A DNA stretch of 64,000 nt from Thermoplasmata archaeon. GTDB lineage: Archaea; Thermoplasmatota; Thermoplasmata; RBG-16-68-12; JAJISG01. Position 1 is the first letter of the stretch. Each line of letters begins with the position of its first letter. The stretch lies in contig JBHIDH010000003.1 of NCBI GenBank assembly GCA_046759985.1, forward strand, positions 2,245 to 66,244. The letters run 5' to 3'. Both the position numbers and the translations under genes were made by a program. This document shows, in pieces, positions 10,141 through 17,504 of the stretch. The notes beneath the pieces are model-generated. The model saw nothing but the letters and a program-made list of their open reading frames with translations. It was not told the DNA's origin and did no database searches.

Positions 10141-10596
10141 ATGAAGGAACTGCGGGTCACCCCCATCAAGAACGGGACCGTCATTGACCACATCCCGAGC
10201 GGGATGGCCCTGAAGGTCCTGCGGGTCCTCCGCATCGGGGAAGAGGTCAGCTCCACCGTGAGCGCCGTGATGCACGTTCCCAGCGGGAAGGCGAAGTGGA
10301 AGGACATCGTGAAGGTGGAGGATCGGGAGCTCAGTCCCCGGGAGGTGGACAAGATCGCCCTCTTGGCCCCGGAGGCGACGATCAACATCATCCGCAATTA
10401 CGCGGTGGCCGAGAAGTACCGGGTCAAGATCCCCGAGGTCGCCCGGGGGATTCTTCGCTGCGGGAATCCGAGCTGCATCACGAACGGGAACGAGCCGTTG
10501 GAGTCGGAGTTCCTCGTGCGGTCCAAGGACCCCCTGCGGCTCCACTGCAAGTACTGCGAGCGGCAGCTGGAGGACGTGGCAGCTCACCTGCTCTGA
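10141..10596 (+). CDS. pyrI: Aspartate carbamoyltransferase regulatory subunit
   Basis: 151 aa. MKELRVTPIKNGTVIDHIP plus a C-terminal Zn site (CGNPSCIT...CKYCE). It starts 1 nt after the pyrB stop. Confidence 0.95.
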   Translation: MKELRVTPIKNGTVIDHIPSGMALKVLRVLRIGEEVSSTVSAVMHVPSGKAKWKDIVKVEDRELSPREVDKIALLAPEATINIIRNYAVAEKYRVKIPEVARGILRCGNPSCITNGNEPLESEFLVRSKDPLRLHCKYCERQLEDVAAHLL

Positions 10597-10648
10597 GAGG
10601 CGTCCTCCCGCGAGCCGGGTAGAGGCACGATCCTGTCGGGTGTCCGGC

Positions 10649-11076
10649 ATGCGATACGGTCTCACCGTCCCCAACTTCGGGTAGTTCTTCGACCCGCTGC
10701 TCCTGGCGGACCTCGCGCGGACCGCGGAGGCCGCGGGGTGGGACGGCTTCTTCCTCTGGGACCGCATGCTCTTCGACGGGCGGCCCACTGGGACGGCGTG
10801 TTTCCCCTGGTGCGGACAGGAGAAGAGCTGTACGGGTCGCCCACGCCTCGAGACGTGAGAGAAATCTCGGCCTTCGTGAACCGCCACCGGCGGACCCAGG
10901 CCCCCTTCGAAGTCGCCGTGGGGGGTGCGACCCTTCGCGAGGATGCCCAGGCGGATGCCGATTGGGTCGCGGCCTTTGCCGAGGCCGGAGCGACCTGGTG
11001 GCTCGAGGGTCCCGTGGGCGGGGAGGACCGGGACTACCTTCGGGACCTGATCCCTGAGGGGCCCCCGGGCTCGTGA
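10649..11076 (+). pseudogene. Decayed luciferase-like (LLM class, F420-dependent type) oxidoreductase gene
   Basis: ATG 10649 gives MRYGLTVPNFG, then an in-frame TAG (10682-10684), then FFDPLLLADLARTAEAAGWDGFFLWDRMLFDG, a typical LLM N-terminus. The reading frame then switches to HWDGVFPLV...AEAGATWWLE...GPPGS, a typical LLM C-terminus. About 150 aa of the middle of the protein is missing. Confidence 0.6.
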
Positions 11077-11176
11077 GGTTTTCCTCGCGGGGATCGGCCG
11101 GAGGCACGCGCGCCGCCCCTGAGAAACCTTATATAAGGGGGCTCTCCATGCCCACCCTCCTCGGAAGGGATGGGTG

Positions 11177-11458
11177 ATGATGCGCGAAATCTCCGAGTTC
11201 ATTGGCCTCAAGGTGTACACCCAGAACGGGGTGCTCCTGGGCACCGTGAGTAACCTCATCGTGGACGTCGAGCGGGGGCGGGTGGATGGCCTCTTCCTCG
11301 GCGAGACGAACCCCACCCTCGTCGACGGAGGGAAAGCCGTGAGCGTTCCCTATCGCTGGACGCAGAGCGTCGGAGATATCGTGGTCCTCCGGTACTTTCC
11401 CAAGAAGGTCAAGCTCCGAAAGGTCTCCGGCCGGGCGACCCCGCTCGTCCCTCAGTAG
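11177..11458 (+). CDS. PRC-barrel domain protein
   Basis: About 93 aa. ISEFIGLKVYTQNGVLLGTVSNLIVDVERGRVDGLFL...VSVPYRWTQSVGDIVVL is the PRC-barrel pattern. A CTTATATAAG box lies at about 11131. Confidence 0.75.
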   Translation: MMREISEFIGLKVYTQNGVLLGTVSNLIVDVERGRVDGLFLGETNPTLVDGGKAVSVPYRWTQSVGDIVVLRYFPKKVKLRKVSGRATPLVPQ

Positions 11459-11994
11459 CTCGGGCGTCGCTCCTCGACCCCCGCCTCTTGGTTCGCCCCA
11501 AGGGCCATGGCGTGCAACAGGGAGGACAGCCGGTTCAGGTAGCGCAGGATTTCCGGGTTCACCTCCTCCCGTGAGGCCAGGGCCACCGCCCGCCGTTCTG
11601 CCCGTCGCACGACGGCCCGGGCGTGGTGGAGCCGGGCAGCCGCCGGCGACCCTCCGGGCAGGACGAAGGCCTTCTGGGGCCCGATCTCCCCTTCGAGTCG
11701 CGCGATCCCGGTCTCGAGGACCCGGACCCGCCGGGAGTCCAGCGGGGACGCGAGCGGGGGGGATTCCCCTGCGGGCGCCACGGCGAGTTCCGCCCCCATC
11801 GTGAAGAGATCGTTCTGCACCTCGTCGAGCAACCGCGCATCGGGGCCAGCGGGGAGGGCCGTGAGGGCCAGCCCAAGGACCGCATTGAGCTCGTCCAGGG
11901 TCCCCAGAACCTCGATGCGGTGGTGGTCCTTCGAGACACGACTCCCCAGCAGATCCGTCTCCCCCTCGTCCCCACGGCCCGTGAAGAGCGGCAT
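11452..11994 (-). CDS. pduO: ATP:cob(I)alamin adenosyltransferase, PduO type
   Basis: I trimmed to the ATG giving MPLFTGRGDEGETDLLGSRVSKDHHRIEVLGTLDELN, the canonical PduO-type N-terminus. An ACATATAC box lies 23-30 nt upstream on the minus strand. Confidence 0.85.
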   Translation of the reverse strand: MPLFTGRGDEGETDLLGSRVSKDHHRIEVLGTLDELNAVLGLALTALPAGPDARLLDEVQNDLFTMGAELAVAPAGESPPLASPLDSRRVRVLETGIARLEGEIGPQKAFVLPGGSPAAARLHHARAVVRRAERRAVALASREEVNPEILRYLNRLSSLLHAMALGANQEAGVEERRPSY

Positions 11995-12116
11995 CCGGAC
12001 CCCCACCGCGGCGGGCGTATATGTGCTTCCCGAAGGGGGACAGGGCGGCGGGACCACCGCACCCTTTTTAGCGGGGGGCCAGTTCCTCACCCCGGCCTGG
12101 CCGGGGAAGTGGGAGC

Positions 12117-12527
12117 CTGGATGTCACCTTCACCCTCCTCGAGGCCCGCCTCCTGAAGCCCCACGAGGAGTTCCTCCCGGAGCTCTTGGAGGCGACGCGG
12201 AAGGCCATCGAGGAAGACGGTTTCGTGAAGGAGCCCATCCTGGCCGAGCGGGAGCATTACATCATTCTCGACGGCCACCACCGCTACGGCGCCCTGCTCG
12301 AACTGGGTTGCCGATGGGTCCCCGTCTTCCTAGTTGATTACGACGACGAGGCCGTCCGCGTGGAGACCTGGCCCGACGCCATCCTGGACCACGTGACCAA
12401 GCAGGAGGTGGTGGAGGCGGTCCTGGCGGGGCGGCGTTTCCCCCCCAAGACGACCCGACACCGCGTGGATTTGCCCCAGACGGAGGCCCGGGTCAACCTG
12501 GAGGATCTTCGGGACCCCGGGTCTTGA
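12117..12527 (+). CDS. ParB/Sulfiredoxin-like domain protein (start codon unresolved)
   Basis: ILDGHHRYGALLELG is the ParB/Srx core. The same frame upstream of the track start (TTG 12186) reads DVTFTLLEARLLKPHEEFLPELLEATRK, which looks like the conserved N-terminal strand. The only in-frame near-start codon there is CTG 12117. Confidence 0.55.
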   Translation: MDVTFTLLEARLLKPHEEFLPELLEATRKAIEEDGFVKEPILAEREHYIILDGHHRYGALLELGCRWVPVFLVDYDDEAVRVETWPDAILDHVTKQEVVEAVLAGRRFPPKTTRHRVDLPQTEARVNLEDLRDPGS

Positions 12528-13026
12528 TCGCCTTCCCTCGGGCCGAAGGCTGGATCTCGAGGCTTCCCGCGAAGCGTCTGCGCAACCCCTCCCCCTCCAG
12601 GAGGCGGTCGAGGAACACGGCGAGGGCCGCGACCTCGGAATGCGGCTGGTTTCCCACGGCGACGTTGTAGCCCGCCCGCGCGAAGATGTCCCCGGGGACC
12701 TTCTCGGAGCCGACGATGACGAGGAGGTCCTGGTCCCGTGGGAGGCTGGGCAGGACCTCGTCCAGAAGCTCCCCGTACATCGTGAGATGGACCACGGACC
12801 CCTGCCAGGCGCCGAGGGCTCCGCGCGGGGACACGCCCGTTCGCACGGCGAAGGACCCGCCAAAGCGCGCAACCACGTCGGCCACCCGCTTCTCCAGCCC
12901 GCGATCCGCGTGATCCACCCATACCTCGTCCGCCCCGAAGGCCCGGGCGGTCAGGGCCACGTGGGTGGTCATCCGCTGGTCCCGAGCCAGGCGGTGCCCT
13001 ATGCGAAGGACGACAAGGCGGGGCAT
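12493..13026 (-). CDS. trm56: tRNA (cytidine56-2'-O)-methyltransferase aTrm56 (SPOUT)
   Basis: I trimmed to the ATG giving MPRLVVLRIGHRLARDQRMTTHVALTARAFGADEV, the hallmark aTrm56 N-terminus. Confidence 0.85.
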   Translation of the reverse strand: MPRLVVLRIGHRLARDQRMTTHVALTARAFGADEVWVDHADRGLEKRVADVVARFGGSFAVRTGVSPRGALGAWQGSVVHLTMYGELLDEVLPSLPRDQDLLVIVGSEKVPGDIFARAGYNVAVGNQPHSEVAALAVFLDRLLEGEGLRRRFAGSLEIQPSARGKAIKTRGPEDPPG

Positions 13027-13039
13027 CGGCTTCGCGATC

Positions 13040-13534
13040 TCAGCGGTCGAACCGTTCGATGCGATGGCCCCGGAAGTCAAGGCGGAAGGAGCGCTTGATG
13101 ATGCTCTTCAACATGACCTGGCTCATGGCCAGCTCCTCCGCCAGGTCACCGGCGAACTTCCCCTCTTCCCCCACGGTCTCGTAGATCCGGTCCTCCATCT
13201 TGGTGTACTCCCCCTCCGACATCACGGCCACCTGGAGGACGTCGCTGATCTCATGAACCGGGGAGGAGGCGCTGATGTGAAGGCTGGTGTAGAAGGAATG
13301 GTAGGCCTTGACGGGGTCCCCGTCCCCCGTCTGCCACTTCGTCTCCACGAGGCGCATCTTCTCGAAAAGCCGCAGGGCCGTTGTCCCCTCCTTCCCGTAC
13401 CGGTCCTCGATCTCGTGGGCGGTGAGCCAGTCGAGGGCGAGGTTCTTGAAGACCTCCTTCTTCACCTGGGTGTCCACGCAACGGAGGATGGGGACCAAGT
13501 CCGAAGGTTCGTTGATGACCTTGATCCGATTCAT
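13040..13534 (-). CDS. Putative winged-helix DNA-binding protein (ArsR-like), conserved hypothetical
   Basis: 164 aa with an ATG start. KKEVFKNLALDWLTAHEIEDRYGKEGTTALRLFEKMRLVE is a wHTH-like segment. A TTTTTATTC box lies upstream on the minus strand. Confidence 0.55.
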   Translation of the reverse strand: MNRIKVINEPSDLVPILRCVDTQVKKEVFKNLALDWLTAHEIEDRYGKEGTTALRLFEKMRLVETKWQTGDGDPVKAYHSFYTSLHISASSPVHEISDVLQVAVMSEGEYTKMEDRIYETVGEEGKFAGDLAEELAMSQVMLKSIIKRSFRLDFRGHRIERFDR

Positions 13535-13600
13535 CCCTTACCTACCTACATAAGCGTCTCTGCGAATAAAAAGATTCGGCAGCCCGCTCGGGGCCACGCG

Positions 13601-14845
13601 CTAGGCTTCGCCGCGGAGGGCTTCGAGGAAAGACTCGAAATACTTGCGCTCCTCGAGGATACGGCCCCGTTCCAATTCCTCGGAGGCGAGGGACAGGATC
13701 GCGTCCGCTCCCAGGCCGAAGCCCCGCTTCGGGCCTCGCCGGTACCGCCGCGACAGCTCCTGCTCCCGCCGCTTCAGATACGCCCCGACGCGCCGTTCCG
13801 CCAGGCGTGTCAGGGCCGCGGGTGTCAGGTTCTCCCCGTCGGGCAGGGTCTCGAGGGCCAGCTCCTGCTTCAGGGCGAGGGCGGCCTCCGCGCGTTGCGC
13901 GCCCCCTTCCACGGGGTACACCCACCCCCGCCGGTTCTCCCACACCGAGGGCAGCGTCGCCGGACCGACCTCCCGCAGGGAGGGGATCGTGGCCGAGGCC
14001 TCGTACAGGACGTTCAGGGAGAGGTGGCGTCTCCGGCGTCGCGGGAGGACCTTGCGTCGATCCTCCACCATCTCGTGGAGGGCCTGCATGGGGGAGGCCC
14101 CGGCGTCCACGTACTCCTCCCAGCGCTGGAAGCAACGCAGGGGCTCGTACGAGCGGGTGAGCCAGAAGCACGGCGGGCGCGCCGTCCAGACGGCCCCCCC
14201 CGGGAGGCGCGTCCGGGCGAAGGGGAAGTCCATCTCGTCCCCCCGGAGGCGCAGGACGCCGCAGCGGAGGCCGGCCCAGGCGGTTTCCACGGGCAGCTCG
14301 CCGTTCGCTACTGCGAGGTCGCGACGGGAGAGGGGGCCGCGCTCCTGGATGGCCTGGAGGATCTTGCGTCGTCTGGGGTCGGAGAGCCAATGGAACCAGG
14401 CGAGGGGGGCACTCGGATCCCGGAATCGCGGGATGGGGTGGCCCGTCCCAAGGGTCTTCCGGGGGGGCAGGGAGATCTCGCCGTCCGGAACGGCCGGGCC
14501 CTCGTCCAGGGTGATCTCGGGATGCCCATTGTCCTCGACCAGGGCGGGGGCTCGGACGCCGACATCGGAGTTGAGAAAGTAGTAGTACTCCCGCCGGGCC
14601 GTGGACGGAACGAGGAGGCCCAGGTCGACCCCCCGACTGACCACCTTCCGCAGGTTCGCGCGCTTGGCCGCCCGACCCGTGAGGATTTCCAGGTACTGGA
14701 GACGGAGGGGGTGCCCCTCAAGTTCCTTCAGGGTCAAGGGCTGCTGCAGGCTGAGGGCGTAGAGCACGCTGCTCGGTGTCCGCTGGGTCAGGTAGGCCGA
14801 GACGGCGTGCGGGTCAAGGCTTCCGCTTCGCGGATGGAGGGCCAT
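13601..14845 (-). CDS. Hypothetical 414-aa protein with two wHTH-like segments
   Basis: ATG start. VLYALSLQQPLTLKELEG and WLSDPRRRKILQAIQERGPLSRRDLAVANG resemble ArsR/HTH_20 segments. I do not recognise the rest of the protein. Confidence 0.5.
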   Translation of the reverse strand: MALHPRSGSLDPHAVSAYLTQRTPSSVLYALSLQQPLTLKELEGHPLRLQYLEILTGRAAKRANLRKVVSRGVDLGLLVPSTARREYYYFLNSDVGVRAPALVEDNGHPEITLDEGPAVPDGEISLPPRKTLGTGHPIPRFRDPSAPLAWFHWLSDPRRRKILQAIQERGPLSRRDLAVANGELPVETAWAGLRCGVLRLRGDEMDFPFARTRLPGGAVWTARPPCFWLTRSYEPLRCFQRWEEYVDAGASPMQALHEMVEDRRKVLPRRRRRHLSLNVLYEASATIPSLREVGPATLPSVWENRRGWVYPVEGGAQRAEAALALKQELALETLPDGENLTPAALTRLAERRVGAYLKRREQELSRRYRRGPKRGFGLGADAILSLASEELERGRILEERKYFESFLEALRGEA

Positions 14846-14948
14846 GGGTGCATCCCTTCCCTTCGGGCTGGCATGGAGAGGGGCCGTTATAAGGGTTTTT
14901 CCCCCACCCGAAGCTTTTAATCGTGCCTCCCATTAGGCGCCGCCGGGC

Positions 14949-15242
14949 ATGAAGATCAAGGACCTGCGGCCCCGAAACAAGGTGGATTCCATCGACCTGA
15001 CCGTGGTCGAAAAGGGGGAGCCCCGCAGCTACACGAGCCGGGAGGGCGCGACAGGCCAGGTCTGCGACGCCACCGGGCGTGACGAGGACGGGGACACCGT
15101 GACGGTCACCCTCTGGAACGACGACATCGAGCGGGTGAACCCGAACTCCAAGATTCGCATCACCAACGGTTGGGCCACCGAGTGGCAGGGCAACCTGCAG
15201 CTCAGTGCCGGCCGCTATGGCAAGCTCGAAGTGCTAGACTAG
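14949..15242 (+). CDS. Single OB-fold ssDNA-binding protein (SSB/RPA-like)
   Basis: 97 aa. MKIKDLRPRNKVDSIDLTVVEKGEPRSY...GDTVTVTLWNDDIERV...IRITNGWATEWQG follows the short archaeal SSB OB-fold pattern. A CTTTTAATC box lies 30 nt upstream. Confidence 0.7.
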   Translation: MKIKDLRPRNKVDSIDLTVVEKGEPRSYTSREGATGQVCDATGRDEDGDTVTVTLWNDDIERVNPNSKIRITNGWATEWQGNLQLSAGRYGKLEVLD

Positions 15243-15797
15243 GGCCCCCAGGACGGTCAGGGCGATCAGGGGGGCCATGATCATGGCGAAGTCATCATCG
15301 ATCCAGCGGAGCCGAGGGTACTCTGCGGCGACGGCCACGAAGGCGGCGACCAGGGCCAGTGTCAGGACCCCGGGGAGGCCGAAGTCCGTCAGGAGGACGA
15401 GGCCCACGCTGGCGAGGACCAGGTAGGCGATGAGGGGCACGTAGGGGTAGCCCCCCTCGCGTCGTGTGAGGGCACAGAGGGGGTCAATCCAGGCCATGCC
15501 CAACATGGCGACGACGACGAAGGGCGGCGGGAAGAGGGCGAGGCCGAGGAACAGCCCCGTGCCCCCCCAGAAGTACGCGGAGATCTGACCCCGTTCGTAC
15601 TCCCGAATGCCGAGGATCTCGAGGCGGTTCAGGAGCCGGAGGAGCTCGAGGACGAGGGTGGCGAGCCAGAGCCCGGCCGCCAGGAGGAACTTCGGGAGGC
15701 CGACGTACAGGTCATCGGGGAGCAGGTAGTACCCCAGGAGGATCGGGGAGGCGATGTGGATGGCGCGCCGCAGGAGGGACCCTCCTTCCCACTCCAT
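15234..15797 (-). CDS. Integral membrane protein (about 6 TM helices), function unknown
   Basis: I trimmed the 421-aa track ORF to the ATG at 15797 (MEWEGGSLLRRAIHIASPILLGYYLL...). The upstream part of the track ORF is antisense to the asparaginase gene and is Arg/Pro/Ser-rich. Confidence 0.6.
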   Translation of the reverse strand: MEWEGGSLLRRAIHIASPILLGYYLLPDDLYVGLPKFLLAAGLWLATLVLELLRLLNRLEILGIREYERGQISAYFWGGTGLFLGLALFPPPFVVVAMLGMAWIDPLCALTRREGGYPYVPLIAYLVLASVGLVLLTDFGLPGVLTLALVAAFVAVAAEYPRLRWIDDDFAMIMAPLIALTVLGALV

Positions 15798-15900
15798 CCC
15801 GGGACGAATGCGGGCACCCGAACATAAGGCCTCGGAGTGTCCGTCCGTCCGGCCGGGACCCGTCGGGCCTTTTATGCGCCGAGACGGTCCCCGGACCGGA

Positions 15901-16737
15901 ATGGCGATTCTGGTCGTCCATTGCGGGGCCCATTCCGACGACGCCCTCTTGGATGCGGCCGAGGCGGCCCTGGCCGAGGGACTCGGCGTCCTGCGTGCCG
16001 GGGGCGATGCCTTGGAGGCCGTAATCCGGGCCGTCGTGCTTCTCGAGGATGACGAGCGACTGAACGCCGGAACGGGATCACGACTTAACCTCGCGGGGGA
16101 GGCCGAGATGGACGCCTCCCTCATGGATTCCCGGGGCGAGGGCGGGGCCGTTGGCGCGATCACGGGCGTCAGAAACCCGGTTCTCGTGGCTCGGGAGGTG
16201 ATGCGCACCCCCCATCTCCTCCTCGCGGGCGAGGGGGCGGTGCGGTTCGCCCGCCACGCAGGCTTTCCCGCGTACGACGTGGTGACCCCCCGCGCGCGAC
16301 GGGAGCTGGAACGGGTCAGGAAGAGAGTGCGAGAGTCGCCCGACCCACCGAGAGGAGGGAAGGTTCCTCGGGCGGGCGACACCGTCGGGGTCGTCGCGGT
16401 GGACAGCTCAGGATACATGGCCGCCGCCAACTCGACCGGGGGCATCCCCGTCCAGCTCCCCGGCCGGATTGGGGACACCCCCGTGATGGGCGCGGGCATC
16501 TACGTGGGACCGGCCGCCGCCGTGACGGCCACGGGGGTGGGCGAGGAGATCCTCTCGCGCGTGCTTTCGAAGGAGGTGTACGACCAGATCCGGGCGGGGA
16601 CCGCCCCGCAACGGGCGTGTGAACAGGGCGTCGGCCAGTTTCCCGCCCACACGCCCATCGGCCTCGTGGCGGTCAGCCCCTCAGCGGTGGGAGTCGCCTG
16701 CAACACTCGTATGGCGTGGAGGTCCGGTGAGGCCTAG
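15901..16737 (+). CDS. Isoaspartyl peptidase / L-asparaginase (plant-type, Ntn hydrolase)
   Basis: I trimmed to ATG 15901 (MAILVVHCGAH). NAGTGS, the nucleophile context GDTVGVVAVD and GDTPVMGAG are family hallmarks. Confidence 0.88.
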   Translation: MAILVVHCGAHSDDALLDAAEAALAEGLGVLRAGGDALEAVIRAVVLLEDDERLNAGTGSRLNLAGEAEMDASLMDSRGEGGAVGAITGVRNPVLVAREVMRTPHLLLAGEGAVRFARHAGFPAYDVVTPRARRELERVRKRVRESPDPPRGGKVPRAGDTVGVVAVDSSGYMAAANSTGGIPVQLPGRIGDTPVMGAGIYVGPAAAVTATGVGEEILSRVLSKEVYDQIRAGTAPQRACEQGVGQFPAHTPIGLVAVSPSAVGVACNTRMAWRSGEA

Positions 16738-16776
16738 CCCGCCTCCGTCTCTGCGAGGGGTTGCCGGATTGCGCGC

Positions 16777-16807
16777 TACAATGTAACACTAACAGGTTTA
16801 CGTTGTA
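16777..16807. promoter_or_regulatory. Imperfect palindrome, TACAATGTAA-N11-TTACGTTGTA, upstream of a wHTH regulator gene
   Basis: Two 10-nt arms with one mismatch in an AT-rich patch, 42 nt upstream of GTG 16849. It could be an operator and/or promoter element. Confidence 0.3.
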
Positions 16808-16848
16808 CACGTCCGACTTATGCCGAGATTGGCCCTTGGAGGCTCGGG

Positions 16849-17163
16849 GTGCGGACGCTGGCGGACCGGAGCGCGTTAACCGACAGGGTGCGACAGGATC
16901 TCGACCTTCTTCGGCGGCATGTGAACCTCCTTCGGGCGGTGGAGGAGAATCAGCCCATCGGCATCATTCGGCTGTCGGACCTGCTGGGCTACCCGCAGCA
17001 CAAGGTGCGGTACACCCTGCGCGTCCTCGAGCAGGAGGGGTTGATCCGGCCGACCCAGGAGGGAGCCCGCACCACGCCCGCGGCGGCCGGATTCCGGCAG
17101 AAGCTGAAGTCCCTTCTCCGCGACATGCTTGAAACAGTGGAGGATCTGAAGGCCTCCCTCTGA
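16849..17163 (+). CDS. Winged-helix transcriptional regulator (small archaeal HTH family)
   Basis: 104 aa. PIGIIRLSDLLGYPQHKVRYTLRVLEQEGLIRPTQEG is an HTH plus wing pattern. GTG start. Confidence 0.6.
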   Translation: MRTLADRSALTDRVRQDLDLLRRHVNLLRAVEENQPIGIIRLSDLLGYPQHKVRYTLRVLEQEGLIRPTQEGARTTPAAAGFRQKLKSLLRDMLETVEDLKASL

Positions 17164-17211
17164 CCCTCCCGAGACAATCTTTTTGAGGCCTGCGAGGCTT
17201 GGGTCGCCTAG

Positions 17212-17297
17212 GCCGCGGTAGCTTAGTCTGGTAGAGCGCTCGGCTGTTAACCTCGGCAGACACCGAGTGGCCACCGGTTCGAATCCGGTCCGCGGCG
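17212..17297 (+). tRNA. tRNA-Asn (GTT) with a 12-nt intron at or next to position 37/38
   Basis: Hand fold: acceptor GCCGCGG/CCGCGGC, D arm GCTT-AGTCTGGTA-GAGC, anticodon stem CTCGG (17239-43) with CCGAG (17263-67), loop CTGTTAA, T arm ACCGG-TTCGAAT-CCGGT, discriminator G. The mature length is 74 nt after removing about 17250-17261. I did not verify a bulge-helix-bulge splice motif. Confidence 0.8.
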
Positions 17298-17325
17298 CTT
17301 CGCTAGGCCCAGGCCGCCGCTGAAT

Positions 17326-17333
17326 CTTTAAGA
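17326..17333 (+). promoter_or_regulatory. TATA-like box (CTTTAAGA) upstream of tRNA(CAT)
   Basis: It lies 27 nt upstream of tRNA position 1 (17360). Confidence 0.4.
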
Positions 17334-17359
17334 TGGCTCACCCCGTTGCCACGACGGGT

Positions 17360-17452
17360 GGGCCCGTAGCTTAGTCTGGCAGAGCGCCTGGCTCATAACC
17401 AGGTGGTCGCTGGTTCAAAAGGGAAGGCCCCTTGGAAATCCGGCCGGGCCCA
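17360..17452 (+). tRNA. tRNA with CAT anticodon (Met, or more likely Ile2) carrying a 19-nt insertion in the T-loop
   Basis: Hand fold: acceptor GGGCCCG/CGGGCCC, D arm GCTT-AGTCTGGCA-GAGC, anticodon arm CCTGG-CTCATAA-CCAGG, variable loop TGGTC, T stem GCTGG (17409-13) with CCGGC (17440-44), discriminator A. The T-loop region is 26 nt (TTCAAAAGGGAAGGCCCCTTGGAAAT) rather than 7 nt (TTCAAAT). The Ile-like acceptor stem GGGCCCG suggests tRNA-Ile2. Confidence 0.75.
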
Positions 17453-17504
17453 TCCCCTTCCCTCTCAAAGTGACCGTCCGCGGCGGGTCCATGCGGATCC
17501 CTAA

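Noticed and set aside
10682-10684. In-frame TAG in the LLM-like gene as possible pyrrolysine
   Set aside because: The gene also has a large internal deletion and a frame change. No pyl genes or methylamine methyltransferases are in the window. Decay is the simpler explanation.
11174-11182. GTGATGATG as the C-box of a C/D-box sRNA
   Set aside because: It coincides with the start codons of the PRC-barrel gene. I found no matching D-box, terminal stem or guide arrangement.
12965-14920. 651-aa plus-strand ORF
   Set aside because: It is antisense to trm56, the 164-aa wHTH gene and the 414-aa gene. Its composition is dominated by G/P/R/L/E/V. The minus-strand genes have ATG starts, TATA boxes and, for Trm56, clear homology.
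15798-16499. Upstream 234 codons of the 421-aa minus-strand ORF
   Set aside because: This part is antisense to the well-supported asparaginase gene and is rich in Ser/Arg/Pro/Ala. The membrane protein begins at the internal ATG 15797.
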